Program-made: the position numbers and the translations under genes
Source: Naegleria gruberi
Lineage: Eukaryota
Assembly (NCBI GenBank): GCA_000004985.1
Contig: GG738886.1
Length of the DNA stretch: 64,000 nt
Reading direction: 5' to 3' (one strand)
Notes under the pieces: generated by a model
The model's database searches: none
Told to the model about the DNA's origin: nothing
The model's input: the letters and a program-made list of their open reading frames with translations, nothing else
Shown: in pieces, positions 1-11,329 of the stretch
Position numbering within the stretch: the first letter of the stretch is position 1
Layout: every line of letters starts with the position of its first letter

Positions 1-109
1 GAAAAAACTGGAATTGACTGAAAGAATAAGGGCAATTAATGAATCTCCACAGGCAGGAGCAGATGTATATCCATTTTCGGACTTGCTTTTGAAATTATTG
101 AAAAAATAA
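1..109 (+). CDS. 3' end of a gene that starts upstream of the window (C-terminal fragment ...LELTERIRAINESPQAGADVYPFSDLLLKLLKK, stop TAA 107..109)
   Basis: The frame is open from the window edge. The codon usage is plausible and the tail is amphipathic and helical. No homology recognised. Confidence 0.3.
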   Translation, partial: KKLELTERIRAINESPQAGADVYPFSDLLLKLLKK

Positions 110-316
110 GAATTTATTGACTTTAGAATACAGGAATTTAATTTTTAAAATGTGTTAATGGATCTTGTTAATAAGGTTGCACATCCTTATGTTTAGTCCC
201 CATAATATAAAGTTGTCCATGTTTGATTCAATCAGTTAACTTTCCAACCGGGGATCTAATATTTACAAGTATATATTTACATTCCAATAATCATCATGTT
301 ATAAATCCAAAACCTA

Positions 317-1571
317 TCAATCTCTAATATTCATAATACAATCTACGAAAGGGTTATTGCTATTGATTTGATTCAACAATCTTTCTTTGAAAATCATTCC
401 TTTTTCGCCAGATTTTTTAATCATAATGAACCCAACTTCTTCACCTGCACAGACTGAAACATCAAAGTTGGAAGGGTTGGTCTGAAATTTGTACCTATCT
501 GATACAGAAAGCAAGGGTAAAAAGTCTAATTGTAACATATTTCTTTCGTAAGAGGAATCAGAGTCTATATAGACATTACCATCATCAGCTACAGCCATCA
601 TTTTGTTTCTCAATGTGAATGCTTTGAAGGTGACATCTGGTACAGTATTGTTGCTGTAGGAGGGGAACAGGGCCAGTTTACCATTTCTATTAATGCAATA
701 TCTTCTATTGATTTGAGCACAATCTTTGTTGCATTCTTTTAAAGCTACATCATAGGTTGAATTGGCTGTGTGAAGGTAGATCTGATACACAGAATTACCA
801 ACCAAAGACATACCACAAAAAGCAAAACCCTTTGGTAAGACAGTTCTATATAAGACTCCTGGTTTAGGGTTATTTGATAATTTATCAAAACTTCCAGAAT
901 GACTCAAATAATAAGTATTAGAAATAATATCATATGTCAAGACAGCAGCATTTGAACCTCCACATCTGACATCTATAACTGTTTCATTTGGAGGTGGAAA
1001 CTTTTGCTGTCCATTACCATCTGAATAATATACTCTTCCAATTTTTCTAAAAGTGTCAGAAGAGCCAATACCTTGAGAACAACAACTTTCATTATTCCAT
1101 CCTCAAAAAAGTAAGTATTTTGATTTAAAACCTACCAGCAGAATACATTTCAAATCCGTCCGTTCCTTTAACAAGACAATAAGTAAAATTTGCTCCACAA
1201 TAAATATCCTCGATATGATCAATGTCGGCTTTCACCAATTGATCTCGTTGATTTGATTTTGGAGCAATCTTTTTCGTTAATAATTGTGTATATTCATTCC
1301 ATCCATTTCCAAAAGCTCGACCATCATTCAACAGAATAAAGGTGTGATTATCTCCACATACTACCTTTTTAATTCCCACTCTATTAATTTCATTCATTAT
1401 TTCTTCAGATTGAAAAAGAAAATGTCTTAGTGTAGGAAATTGTCCTGATCCAACATCGTTCGGATCGTGGTGTACGGAACCTTTGTAGCCAGAATAGGCC
1501 CATGATGAATAATTTCCATGAATAAATAAATATTGGGAGTGATGAGTTCCTTCAAGGTGAAGTCCTTTCAT
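317..1571 (-). CDS. RCC1-like repeat (beta-propeller) protein, about 406 aa, 2 exons (1571..1136 and 1101..317; putative 34-nt intron 1102..1135, GTAGGT..GAG)
   Basis: The ORF-track ORFs 1125..1571 and 317..940 join in frame through a GTAGGT...AG mini-intron. The protein has repeated G-x-x-HT/A-x-x-L-x-DG-x-x-x-x-G-x-N-x-x-G motifs (VVCGDNHTFILLNDGRAFGNGWNEY, RCGGSNAAVLTYD..., MAVADDGNVYIDSD) typical of RCC1/BLIP-II propeller blades. An A-rich tract precedes the ATG at 1571. The 34-nt intron is unusually short, so the exon junction is uncertain. Confidence 0.45.
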
Positions 1572-1683
1572 TTTTTTTTGATTTTACAATAATATTTCCC
1601 ACCACAATGAATATTCCATGAACTAGTAAACCCAGAAAGAAATGTATTGAAATTACACAACCTAAGATATTTGGTTTTCAGTT

Positions 1684-1800
1684 GGAAAATTTTATTTAAG
1701 CTTTTTCTTAATGATGTAAGCCTTCCTAGCTCAGTTGGCAGTAGCGCTGTCCTAGTAAGACAGAGGTCTTGGGTTCGATTCCCAAGGGAGGCATTCTTTT
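1684..1800 (+). repeat. Direct repeat copy 1 (about 117 bp): tRNA-Thr gene plus about 36 bp of 5' flank and about 8 bp of 3' flank
   Basis: The 5' flank ggaaaattttatttaagctttttcttaatgatgtaa, the tRNA, and the 3' flank ttctttta are nearly identical to 3877..3993. Confidence 0.6.
1720..1793 (+). tRNA. tRNA-Thr (anticodon AGU)
   Basis: Cloverleaf: acceptor GCCTTCC/GGGAGGC, anticodon stem CTGTC/GACAG with loop CTAGTAA (U33, AGT, A37), T-arm TTGGG-TTCGATT-CCCAA, discriminator A. TTCTTTT follows the 3' end. Confidence 0.85.
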
Positions 1801-2269
1801 AAGATACACTTGAAATTATATTATCAATGTAATATACAACCTTTTGAACGTTTAAACTTTAAGGATTTTGCTATCAATGTACCATATACCAAACACAATG
1901 TTGGGTGGGATATACGGTCCAATAAAGATGTGTATTTAAAAAACCGAGGTGGTACACATTTCAACTGTTTCTTAAAAGATAACTATACAACGGTGTGATT
2001 TACAATTTTTTATAACGTTATCTAATAAATGAAACTGTTCTTTCAAATCTTCAAATATAGTACCACACTTTTATGTAAATTGGTCGAATTCAGTACCTTA
2101 CTGTAAACATAACATGCCCAAAGATGCTAGCTTCCAAGAGACAAAGAACTAATAACGCAAATTTCGAATATTCAAAAGTCCGCAGAATATTCGAAAAGCA
2201 AGTTAACAACTGTTCAGCTTAAAAAAAAATGTTGCTATTGAATATTCAACAAGATATTCTCAAAAAAAA

Positions 2270-3874
2270 ATGAAGAAGAGCAGCAGCCACAATTTGATAA
2301 CCCTCTCACAACTCGAACAACACGACGGAGTGAAAAATTCACAACTCTGGATACTTCTCTATGGGAAAGTGTACGATATTACTGAATTTGCTGATAAACA
2401 TCCTGGTGGTCGTGAAATGATAGAAACAGCTTGTGCAAGAGATTCTACTGCACTGTTTGAATCGTATCATTTGTCATCCCATTCGATTAGTAGAATATTC
2501 TTGAGAGATGATGGGAATAATAATAATCAGTCGATGATTAAGTATATTGGTGAATTTGATGAAGAAACAAAGCAAGAAGATGTAAATGATTCCAAGATCA
2601 AGTTTAATTTCACAGATTACAAGATTGCAAAGAAACAAGAAAATAGAACGATGAATATTTATGAAATTTTGAAAGAGCAAATAAGAAATGACTTGTTTAT
2701 TCCTGCCCTTACAAGACAAGATTTTAATCTTAACATTAGAAGGGTTTCTCTCTTGAGATTGTTGAATGCAATCTTCATTTTCTCAGGGTTGTTAGCTTGT
2801 CAGCTTTTATCTCAATACTTGACAGGATTACACCTGTCACTTGCCATTATTCTAGCATTCTTGGGAGGTGTATTTCACCACTTGTCCCTTGTCCACGTTG
2901 CTCATGATGCTGGACATGGAAGTTTCACAGATTTCCCAACCTTGTGGAGAATGATTGGACATGGTTGTTCCTATTTGTTGGGACAATCATTCTATCTTTG
3001 GACCATTAGACATAACATTGCTCACCATGTGTAAGTAGCACTTAACTTTAGCAATTAGATTAACATTTATAGATATACGAATATGAGTGAAATCGATCCA
3101 GATATCAGTATTTATGAAAGAGGTAACGTAAATTCACAAGAAAGATCACTACCTGATAAAAAGTATCCTAAATCAGGAGAGAAAACCTCCACCCCAATCA
3201 AGATTATGTCTGTAACTGGTTCAATTGTATTTTTACCAATCATGTATAGTTTAGTTATTGTTTATATGCAACTTAAGGATTTGGCACATTATTGGAGGAG
3301 ACGTGTTAGTGATGGTGTTGGATTTGCATCCCCAACTTGGAGCTTTACAACATTCCATTTCTATGCAAGTAAGATTGTCTTTGTAATGTACCGATTAATC
3401 TTGCCAATGGTCCTCTTTTACTCTACAGATGGTCATTTCGGTAGAAATGCATTAGAATCTGTACTGATATTTAGTGTTACTGAAGTTGTAGCAGGTCTGT
3501 TATTTGGTTTCTTTTCTCAAATCAATCACATCTCTGAGAAGTGTAAATTCAGTCACTTGAAGGAAGGAGCCCTCAACAATAGAGACGAATTGGATTGGGC
3601 AACTATCCAAATCACAACAAGTGTCGACTATTGTCATGACAGTTATTTGTGGACCTATCTATCTGGGTTTTTGAACCACCAAGTTATTCATCACTTATTT
3701 CCAAGTATTAACCCATGGCTATATCCAAAGATTGTTCCAATCGTTAAGAAAGTCTGTAAGGAGAATAACATTGAATATACCATTTACAACAACTTTTGGG
3801 ATGCTATGACTGCTCATGTGAGACAAGTGACCAGTTTTGTGGATACCAAGAAGCTTCTTGCTGAAATAAATTAA
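2270..3874 (+). CDS. Front-end fatty acid desaturase with N-terminal cytochrome b5 domain (delta5/delta6-type); exons 2270..3030 and 3073..3874, 42-nt intron 3031..3072 (GTAAGT..ATAG)
   Basis: Cyt-b5 HPGG heme motif (EFADKHPGGREM) at the N-terminus. His boxes HDAGHGSF and HNIAHH lie in exon 1. After the in-frame intron, exon 2 carries the third box QVIHHLFP (QxxHH, diagnostic of front-end desaturases). The ATG at 2270 is preceded by caaaaaaaaa. Confidence 0.8.
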
Positions 3875-3876
3875 TT

Positions 3877-3993
3877 GGAAAATTTTATTTAAGCATTTTC
3901 TTAATAATGTGAGCCTTCCTAGCTCAGTTGGCAGTAGCGCTGTCCTAGTAAGACAGAGGTCTTGGGTTCGATTCCCAAGGGAGGCATTCTTTT
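3877..3993 (+). repeat. Direct repeat copy 2 (tRNA-Thr plus flanks), starts 2 bp after the desaturase stop codon
   Basis: See 1684..1800; the same 5' flank ggaaaattttatttaagcattttcttaataatgtga and 3' flank ttctttta. Confidence 0.6.
3913..3986 (+). tRNA. tRNA-Thr (anticodon AGU), second identical copy
   Basis: 74/74 nt identical to 1720..1793. Confidence 0.85.
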
Positions 3994-4206
3994 AAGGTAT
4001 AAGCAAACAGAATTGATATTGGATTGTGGACATCAGTTTGTTAGTTAGTAGCCCTGGTATAATACAAACCCTTTTGCACTGAAAAAGATTTTGTAAGTTG
4101 TGACGAACAACCACTCATATTTTGCTTGTGTGTATTGTATTTGTTTCGTATTTGGATGAATTAACTCATTCAAAATAAACAGTGGTCAAAGAATGAATTT
4201 AGGTTT

Positions 4207-4662
4207 TCAATATGCATTCAACTTATCATGGAAAATAGTCCTCGTATTAAGAAATAAGGAAAAAGGAACCAATGTTGCCAAGCTACTAGGAGAGAGAACC
4301 AAGTGCAGACGAAACAATTGCAACTTCAAACAGCTGGTGACAGAAACTCTTGGAGAGTAAGAGGAAAATAGCAAGTGATTGCATTGCTGGAAGAGTAATA
4401 CCAAGTCGAAATTGAAATACACACTATGGAAACAAGACGACAAACAACATGAAAGAACACAAATCAGTGGGATGGACAATGTAAATACACCACCAGATGA
4501 AGTTCCGTTAGACCTTTGAAATGTACAAGTTACAACTTGAATAGGAGAGCTCACCTCCTCGTTGAGTACCTTGTGATGACCGTATAAGATAGCAAGAAGT
4601 CCAAATTTCAACTTTGTTAGAATTTTTTCAATGTTGTCAGCACTGGTCATTCCACTAAACAA
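4207..4662 (-). CDS. Uncertain ORF. The N-terminal 35 aa (MTSADNIEKILTKLKFGLLAILYGHHKVLNEE) look protein-like (roadblock/LAMTOR-like fold?). The rest is C/S/L-rich and may be read-through of non-coding sequence or an unresolved intron.
   Basis: The ATG is preceded by an A/T-rich tract. The composition changes abruptly after about aa 37, where GTGAGC follows. No confident homology. Confidence 0.2.
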   Translation of the reverse strand: MFSGMTSADNIEKILTKLKFGLLAILYGHHKVLNEEVSSPIQVVTCTFQRSNGTSSGGVFTLSIPLICVLSCCLSSCFHSVYFNFDLVLLFQQCNHLLFSSYSPRVSVTSCLKLQLFRLHLVLSPSSLATLVPFSLFLNTRTIFHDKLNAY

Positions 4663-5133
4663 TAACCGTAGATTCTCAATAAATATCTAGATGCAAAATT
4701 GATTAGTGCATCAGGGTACGAAAATGATAGAATTTCAAACAACTGTAGATTCAAAAATAGATCATGTTCATGATGCAAACGAAAAGTCACTAATCACGAT
4801 TCACTACATTTCGGAAGAATATTCATGTTTTTGTGATCCAATGTACTCATTGAGATTGACCTTCTTTATTTACAGCTAAATTCTCTCTACGCTATTTTTA
4901 TCAGTATACTGCCGTATAAAGGTGAACTTGGAAATTAAATAAATTGTAAAGTATTAAATTGGATCAAAAAGGATAAATAGTTTCCAATAAACGCTTGATG
5001 TTTACGAATGTGAAGAGCTGTTCAGAGGCGGTTTATTTTTAAATTCATGGTCTTATCAATTTTGCTATTTCTTTACTCTTTCGGCAAGCATTATTAGAAA
5101 CAACAAGAAAAAAATTAACTAAACATCAACAAT

Positions 5134-5892
5134 ATGATAACTGCCGAACAATTTGGTTTATTAGAATCAGGCCCAACTTTCAACTATTGGATCTACGTGC
5201 CAATAGGATTAACTCTCGCTTCAATGCTCATCTCTGTCATGGCTCAATATTTTTCCTATTTTTGGCCAACCATAGAAATCAAACCACAATTCAAGAATAA
5301 GACAACACATTACGTTTTCCTTTCGTATTGTGTGAATCACTCACTTGCTGCAATTTTGACAACTTGTGTTGCTGCCTATACTTACTATTATGGTAGCTGT
5401 TATGAATCGAATATCTTTTCGATGGAACCATTCGAAATGATGTGTTATTTGATGAATGTCATGTGGTGCACCTTGCAACAGGTATTAATTTATGACTTTT
5501 TGATTTATGCTTTCCATAGATCTTGTCATACCAACAAGTGGATGTATATTCACATCCATAAATGGCATCACGAAAATAATACTCCAAATGGGGTATGTGA
5601 TGCTATTTATGGTGATGCATTTGAAGGAACTTTGGTAGCATACTTTGGAGTTGGTCAAATGATGTTCTTCTCCTTGCCAGCTAGCTCTATTTGTTTATTC
5701 TTATTCTTGATTAGTTTCTTTGTGCAATTAAATCATTGTGGACGAAAGGTCAGAATTCCATATGTTTATACTTACAAATTCCATGCTGTTCACCATAGAC
5801 ATTTCAAGTGGAATTTTGCTGAACATTTGCCTGTTTGGGATTTCTTATTTGGTACAATGAAATTGAATGAAATTAGTGATGAACAGTTTTAA
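5134..5892 (+). CDS. Fatty acid hydroxylase superfamily enzyme (sterol desaturase / sphingolipid C4-hydroxylase-like), 252 aa, single exon
   Basis: Three His boxes in the canonical order and spacing: HRSCH, HKWHH, HAVHHRH. Multiple TM helices. The ATG at 5134 is preceded by aaaaaaattaactaaacatcaacaat. Confidence 0.75.
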   Translation: MITAEQFGLLESGPTFNYWIYVPIGLTLASMLISVMAQYFSYFWPTIEIKPQFKNKTTHYVFLSYCVNHSLAAILTTCVAAYTYYYGSCYESNIFSMEPFEMMCYLMNVMWCTLQQVLIYDFLIYAFHRSCHTNKWMYIHIHKWHHENNTPNGVCDAIYGDAFEGTLVAYFGVGQMMFFSLPASSICLFLFLISFFVQLNHCGRKVRIPYVYTYKFHAVHHRHFKWNFAEHLPVWDFLFGTMKLNEISDEQF

Positions 5893-6096
5893 ATTCTATT
5901 CGAAAGGAAGAACACCAAAAATATAGAAACATGTACATAATAATAATACTAACGAGAAAGTTTCAGTGCGATAACACGGAAACAACCAAAAAACAAATAA
6001 AAACTAATTTAAATTATTAACAAAAAATTATTTTACAAATTTGGAAATATTTCTAATATAGAAATTTTTGAAAAATTACCTTCTCTGAATTGGTTC

Positions 6097-7329
6097 TTAA
6101 TAATTTCTATAATGTTCTTCTCTCTGACTTGTCAAATCTCCATTTCTCATATCATTAACATATGTTTGTCTAATATTCTCCATCATACTTTCCTCAGTTG
6201 CCTTTACAATTTGTTCCTTTTCCAATATTTTCCTCTTTCTCAGATAAGATAATGAATCAGTTGTAGATTTTCTCAGATTTGAATTATCAGATATTGAGAG
6301 AATATTCTGAGTTTGGTCACCAACTTGAGTAGTTTGTAAAATTGAAAGTGAGTAAGAGTAAGCTTGAATGGACTGAAACACTGAGGGGACAATGTCCATT
6401 CTGACAGGTTCTAGATAGGTTGGAGGTTTTGATGGAAGGAATTTCTTGACTTGAATGACATTTCCATTTTGGGAAAGTGATTGTTTGTTGAGAGAATTGT
6501 TGGATTGCAAATTATTTTTGATAAATTGCAAGATTTTCAAACTATTTACATGATTTTTGAATTCCATTGGGAAAATGATCCAATCTTGAGCTGATTTCCA
6601 AATATGGAACATTATCAACATGAATCTGATAATTAATTTTTCATTTACAGATGCATCTCTCATTTCTAATACAGCACCTGATATAAATTCAGTGAATGAA
6701 CAATAGGATTCTGTAAATATTCTGTGAATTCTTTTTCTAACTTGACCACTAATATAATTGGAATATTCATTACTTTCCATATTTGTATAATTGCTATTAT
6801 TCTCGCAAATTACTTTACAACAAGTTATAATAATTTTAGAAAATAAATACAGCATGGTTGATTGCATATTGGATCCTTCATCAACTAGAAATATTATAGG
6901 AAACGGTGCTTGACCGCCATTTTTGGAATTATCAAAATATGTTAATAAGCTCTTCATCGTATTTTTAATCAAAATGGAATTATTCTTATCCGAATCATCC
7001 AAGCATATTATTCCACCTTGATATTCCTCCATATTTAACTGCTCTTTTGATTGAAAAATCACTTTCCGAACATCTTTCGTCTGAATATTCGAAACAGCTC
7101 CATTATTTCTTGAAGAATCCAACATACTTCTCCCCGAAACACCTTTCAATTGCTGTATAGTTGCTACCTGCAAACTAAACGGTATTTCACACTCATTATT
7201 TAACCAACCAGACAACTCCGAAACGTCCAACCTCGAAATTACAAATAATTTTGTTGAATTTCTCGAAGATTTCAAGTTTCCTTGCTGATCAGAAATGTTT
7301 CCTTGATTTGCTGTTGTGTTTGAAAGCAT
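6097..7329 (-). CDS. Hypothetical protein, 410 aa, single exon
   Basis: Long uninterrupted ORF with protist-like codon use. The ATG at 7329 is preceded by an A/T tract. Ser/Asn-rich; no family recognised. Confidence 0.5.
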   Translation of the reverse strand: MLSNTTANQGNISDQQGNLKSSRNSTKLFVISRLDVSELSGWLNNECEIPFSLQVATIQQLKGVSGRSMLDSSRNNGAVSNIQTKDVRKVIFQSKEQLNMEEYQGGIICLDDSDKNNSILIKNTMKSLLTYFDNSKNGGQAPFPIIFLVDEGSNMQSTMLYLFSKIIITCCKVICENNSNYTNMESNEYSNYISGQVRKRIHRIFTESYCSFTEFISGAVLEMRDASVNEKLIIRFMLIMFHIWKSAQDWIIFPMEFKNHVNSLKILQFIKNNLQSNNSLNKQSLSQNGNVIQVKKFLPSKPPTYLEPVRMDIVPSVFQSIQAYSYSLSILQTTQVGDQTQNILSISDNSNLRKSTTDSLSYLRKRKILEKEQIVKATEESMMENIRQTYVNDMRNGDLTSQREEHYRNY

Positions 7330-8072
7330 TTTTTTTATAAAATTTGTAATTTTTCAATTGTTAATGCTGAACTCCTAAAGTTTACAAAAATAGATAGTTT
7401 ACAAAAAATAAATTCCGAAACGGCTCCTTGTGTTTCCAATTGTATTGAAGATAAATCGTTCTGTGATCTGGTAATTGATTATCTCGCGAGATTAAAGGAT
7501 GTTCTTACTAATTAGTTTAGAATACCATAAAAAACAATTTATTCGAAACTAAATCTTTGTTGGTTGACTTTCAGATTTAATATCAGGAATGATGAATGGC
7601 ATCACTGCATGAATGAGAGCACACATGTTTCGAATATGACAAATTGTAATTTAATTATTTGAGTGCGTTTTGAGTTCTGGAAAGAAAACTGAATGTTTGT
7701 AGTACAATTCTATATTGTTTTTAATTTTGATTTTTTTTCCACTTCTGTATTTCTAAATATTCAACCAAGTGAATGATTGGAAAATTCCTCATTCTCTTCT
7801 ACCAGAGTTTCTATTCAATGTGATGTCATTAATAGTTTTGTGGATTCTGGTAATTTGAGCCTTCATCCTTAATATTGGTGACATGTCAGCATTTGAGCTT
7901 TATAAAACTTATTCAGTTGGATGTTGAAGCAAGACTAAATTAGTGATTTGCCAAAAATTGGTAATGTTCAAAATAAATTTAATAAGGAAATGTAAAGCAT
8001 GGAAACATTGGTTGTGTGGTTGTTATAAAACTTCTTCAAATATTAATGCTCAACTTGAAAATTAAAATCACA

Positions 8073-8143
8073 GGGGGCGAGGGGGAATCGAACCCCCGGC
8101 CACAGCTTTGGAGGCTGCGATGTTACCATTACACCACCGCCCC
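8073..8143 (-). tRNA. tRNA-Trp (anticodon CCA)
   Basis: Reverse complement: GGGGCGG TG GTGTAATGGTAACATC GCAGC-CTCCAAA-GCTGT ... GGGGGTTCGATTCCCCC TCGCCCC C. The CUCCAAA anticodon loop is identical to eukaryotic tRNA-Trp. 71 nt. A TTTT run lies just 3' on the minus strand. Confidence 0.8.
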
Positions 8144-8205
8144 TGTACATTTGAATTCTCAAACACAATGATTTTGACCTATCCTTAACTCGTAAAAATT
8201 GTAGT

Positions 8206-9210
8206 TTATTGGATGTTCAAACCAGTTGCCAAAATTGTTTGTTGTCTCAAACTCACAACAACTCGAAGCAATTTAGTTGCCAATTTCGAAGGTTGCTTTC
8301 CACTTGCTTTCTTAGTTTCCTTTACAAGAATTAACAAATCGACTGGAAGAGCAGCAAAAGGAATCACTCCCTTAATCACCAAACTAGCCAACGACAAGGA
8401 AGCACAATAATCATTGGTCATGAGTCCTGAATTCTTGAAATCCTTCTTTTGATTACCTGTTAAAGATTGAACAAAATTGAAAACATTTACAACACAATTA
8501 TTTCCAATGCTAATCATGCAAGAATCCATTTCTGGATATTTGGATCTTATCACATAGATGTGGGAAATTATTTCATTGACCATTTGTGTGTCCTTTGCTA
8601 ACAATTCTTGAACTTGTTTGGCAGTATTCTTGGCATGTTTCCATTCTTTGAAACTGGCCACTACTGCTTCTGTTGTTCCTGATCCAATAACTAGTAATCC
8701 AGTTCCTGTAGCCACTAGAGAACCTCCAAATGTGAGTGGACTTCCCAATAATCCTCCAACTTGGAATTATTTTCATCAAATTCGATTGAGTATGTTGTAA
8801 AACTTACGAATAAGTGCTGCCCCAACAAGATTGGTAGCCGTTCCGTTTGCTTTCTTCTTTGCAGCTTCTTGTTGTTGATAATCTAATGCATGAATCATTT
8901 GTTCTAGTACTGAGATTAATCCCAATCTTTCTTGAATCCATTCTTGAGTTTTTCTTTCAACATTTGAAAGTTGTTCACTCAATAGACTATTGGTTTGATC
9001 TGGTAAGTCATATTTCACAAAAGATTGGTTGTTTGGAGTGAAAGATGGCAATGGCTCCTTTTCATATGGATTAATAACTTGCTCCCTCAACGAGTTAAAT
9101 GATGGATAGCAAACATTACCAGATAAGAGATGTGAACTCTCATTGATTAATGACGAAAGTTCTGGTGCAGGGGTTGAATCTGCATTAGTTTCAGAGTATG
9201 GATAATACAT
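8206..9210 (-). CDS. ApoL-like (apolipoprotein-L family-like) membrane-hairpin protein A; exons 9210..8808 and 8759..8206, 48-nt intron 8760..8807 (GTAAGT..CCAAG)
   Basis: Splicing restores [71 protein letters not shown]. This is collinear with the paralogue at 11765..13090 and resembles the ApoL hydrophobic hairpin plus flanking amphipathic helices (recalled ApoL1: GTTIANVVSGSL...APFTEGGSLVLL...DYGKKWW). The later ALPVDLLILVKETKKASGKQPSKLATKL resembles ApoL1 VSFFLVLDVVYLVYESKHLHEGAKSETAEEL. Confidence 0.6.
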
Positions 9211-9860
9211 GTTGTTGAAATTGATTGGCTGGTTTTTTTCTTTTTGCTATCAGTAATTGTTTGGCTGATTTGTTTTTATAGTAAGCAAGGCAACAACATA
9301 TTTTAGAATCTTAATGGAAAAGGAATATGGAATGGAGTGTAAAAATTAAAGTGCTACGAAGTGTGAAATCACCCAAAAAGGAACAAGTGCTCGCTTTTCC
9401 TGTTAATTGCAATCAACCTTTGCCGACTCGCAACAGAAAGAGATTGTAAGTGGTCCATTTTGTTTAAGGAATTCAATGATTTTCAAAGTTTCCAATTTCT
9501 GTCTTTCCAAATAGAGCTTTTCAACCATTCTCAAAATTGACAATCCATTACAATTCAATAATGAATGGAAACTTGAAAATTACAATTTTTATAAATTTTA
9601 ACTTAATTTTTGACTTATTTCAATATTCACATAAAGAAAATTCGCTTTATAATATCTCCAAATACAATCCCTTACTATGGATATTTAGGTTCATGTACTT
9701 GTTTGGCGCCAAATCACTACAAATTTTTTGTCTTTATTTAAAAAAAAATTGTGCTGGCTGTTGAGGAACATTCACGTGAAAAGCTTCCCTGAAAACGTTT
9801 TATTCTTTGTACCCACCAAGTTATTTGTATATAAATAATCGGAAAATTCTTAGAGAGGAG

Positions 9861-10043
9861 ATGGCAGATTTTACAACTGAGGAATATGTTGCTGTTGCAC
9901 TGTGTTCAGCCTTTGTGATTTCTTTGATATTGATCGTAATTTCTATTGTGGTTGGAGTAAAACTTCATGCCAGAAGAAAACTGCATCAAATTCGAGCACT
10001 TGTTGATGAACAGCAGGAATCGGAAGAAACAAAACAAAATTAA
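9861..10043 (+). CDS. Small single-pass membrane protein (60 aa; MADFTTEEYVAVALCSAFVISLILIVISIVVGVKLHARRK...)
   Basis: ATG at 9861 in good context, one clear TM helix, and a charged tail. Short, so weak. Confidence 0.3.
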   Translation: MADFTTEEYVAVALCSAFVISLILIVISIVVGVKLHARRKLHQIRALVDEQQESEETKQN

Positions 10044-10420
10044 CAAGCTAACAAATCGGAATTTTTGAATACTAGCTATAACAACGTTCTGAATTTCTTG
10101 CACTCAACATAATGAGATAGAGTTTACTATACAAAATATATTGTAGTCAAGCAAGAAAGAAAATACTAAGGAATTGAATCAATTGATCATCTCTTCGCAC
10201 ATTGAACCAAAAGAATTAACCTAAATTCGCCGAACAAATAACAATTATGGCTACCAGTTCTTGTAAGGATTGCAGAAAAAAACTTTAAAAAAATAACACA
10301 ACTTGTTCTTCTGATCTTTAGACAGGCTAATCATCAAAACGTCGTTGTCATCTAGGAAATAACACACTTTGTTATACATCATCATCCTCATCTACTTAAT
10401 ATTATCAACAAAATACAATA

Positions 10421-10924
10421 ATGGCTGAAGACGGAAGAATTCAAACAGTTTGGGTTATGATTTTATTGTTCACTTCTTGTTGTTTCTTTACATTTGTTGC
10501 TATCCTTTTCGGCATTATTGCTTCTGCAATTACCGACCCTAACGAAATGTCTAATGCCATGTCTTGTACAGTGCTGAAACCACAAGTGAATTGTAAAACA
10601 TGTGAAGGAACCCATACTTGTTGCGAAGCTATTGTAAAAGTTGCCCCTGGAACACTCTTTGCTAATGTAACCAATTTCCAACCAATAAGAACAACTGAAG
10701 AATTTAGTAGTGAATCAACCTATTATTCATATGCCGCCAATTCTACAGTAACTTGTTATGTAGGAATTGACCCAGAAAGTGAAGAGGCTCACTATGCCAA
10801 GTATGATGGACCAAAAGTTGAATTGAAGACTGTTGCTATCGTCACTGGTTGCATTGCCATTTGTTATACTGCTGGTTTGATTTTGGCCCCATTCTTCTCC
10901 AAATCTCTTCAACAAACTCACTGA
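10421..10924 (+). CDS. Cys-rich two-TM hypothetical protein, 167 aa
   Basis: The ATG at 10421 is preceded by aaaatacaata. N-terminal TM, a Cys cluster (CKTCEGTHTCCEA), and a C-terminal TM. Confidence 0.45.
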   Translation: MAEDGRIQTVWVMILLFTSCCFFTFVAILFGIIASAITDPNEMSNAMSCTVLKPQVNCKTCEGTHTCCEAIVKVAPGTLFANVTNFQPIRTTEEFSSESTYYSYAANSTVTCYVGIDPESEEAHYAKYDGPKVELKTVAIVTGCIAICYTAGLILAPFFSKSLQQTH

Positions 10925-11258
10925 GAAAACTAATTGTACATTTTGCTAATAATACTTCGTACAAACCTATTATCCAAAAATTCTATTGAATGTTATTTGG
11001 AATTTTAAATTGCAATCATGTGAAATATTTCCGAAATCAAAAATAAAAAAATAAAAAATTAATTTTAATTCAATTTGGCAATACTGCTATTTGTATGTGG
11101 TATGGGGCAGAGAACAGTGAATAATAATGGCAACTCAACTCTTACCATCAAAGTTGAACTCTAGCATCAGTAAAGTTACTGGGCTATTTCTAGCTCTTTT
11201 TATGGTAAGTTCAATAAACTTGTTCTAATACTATTTTCTAGTGAAAATTACCAAGAAA

Positions 11259-11329
11259 TCGGGTGTGGTATAGTGGTAGCATTCCAGACTGTCACTCTGG
11301 CGACCCGGGTTCAATTCCCGGCACTCGAG
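11259..11329 (+). tRNA. tRNA-Asp (anticodon GUC)
   Basis: TCGGGTG acceptor pairs with CACTCGA. Anticodon stem CCAGA/TCTGG with loop CTGTCAC (GTC). T-arm CCGGG-TTCAATT-CCCGG. Discriminator G. A T5 run follows 6 nt downstream. Confidence 0.8.

Noticed and set aside
3031-3072. TAA at 3032..3034 as the true end of the desaturase
   Set aside because: It would truncate the enzyme before the essential third His box. A 42-nt GTAAGT..AG intron restores the frame into an ORF carrying QVIHHLFP.
8213-9041. Small plus-strand ORFs (8213..8410, 8618..8800, 8847..9041) opposite ApoL-like gene A
   Set aside because: They are antisense to a well-supported coding sequence. They have no start context and low-complexity translations.
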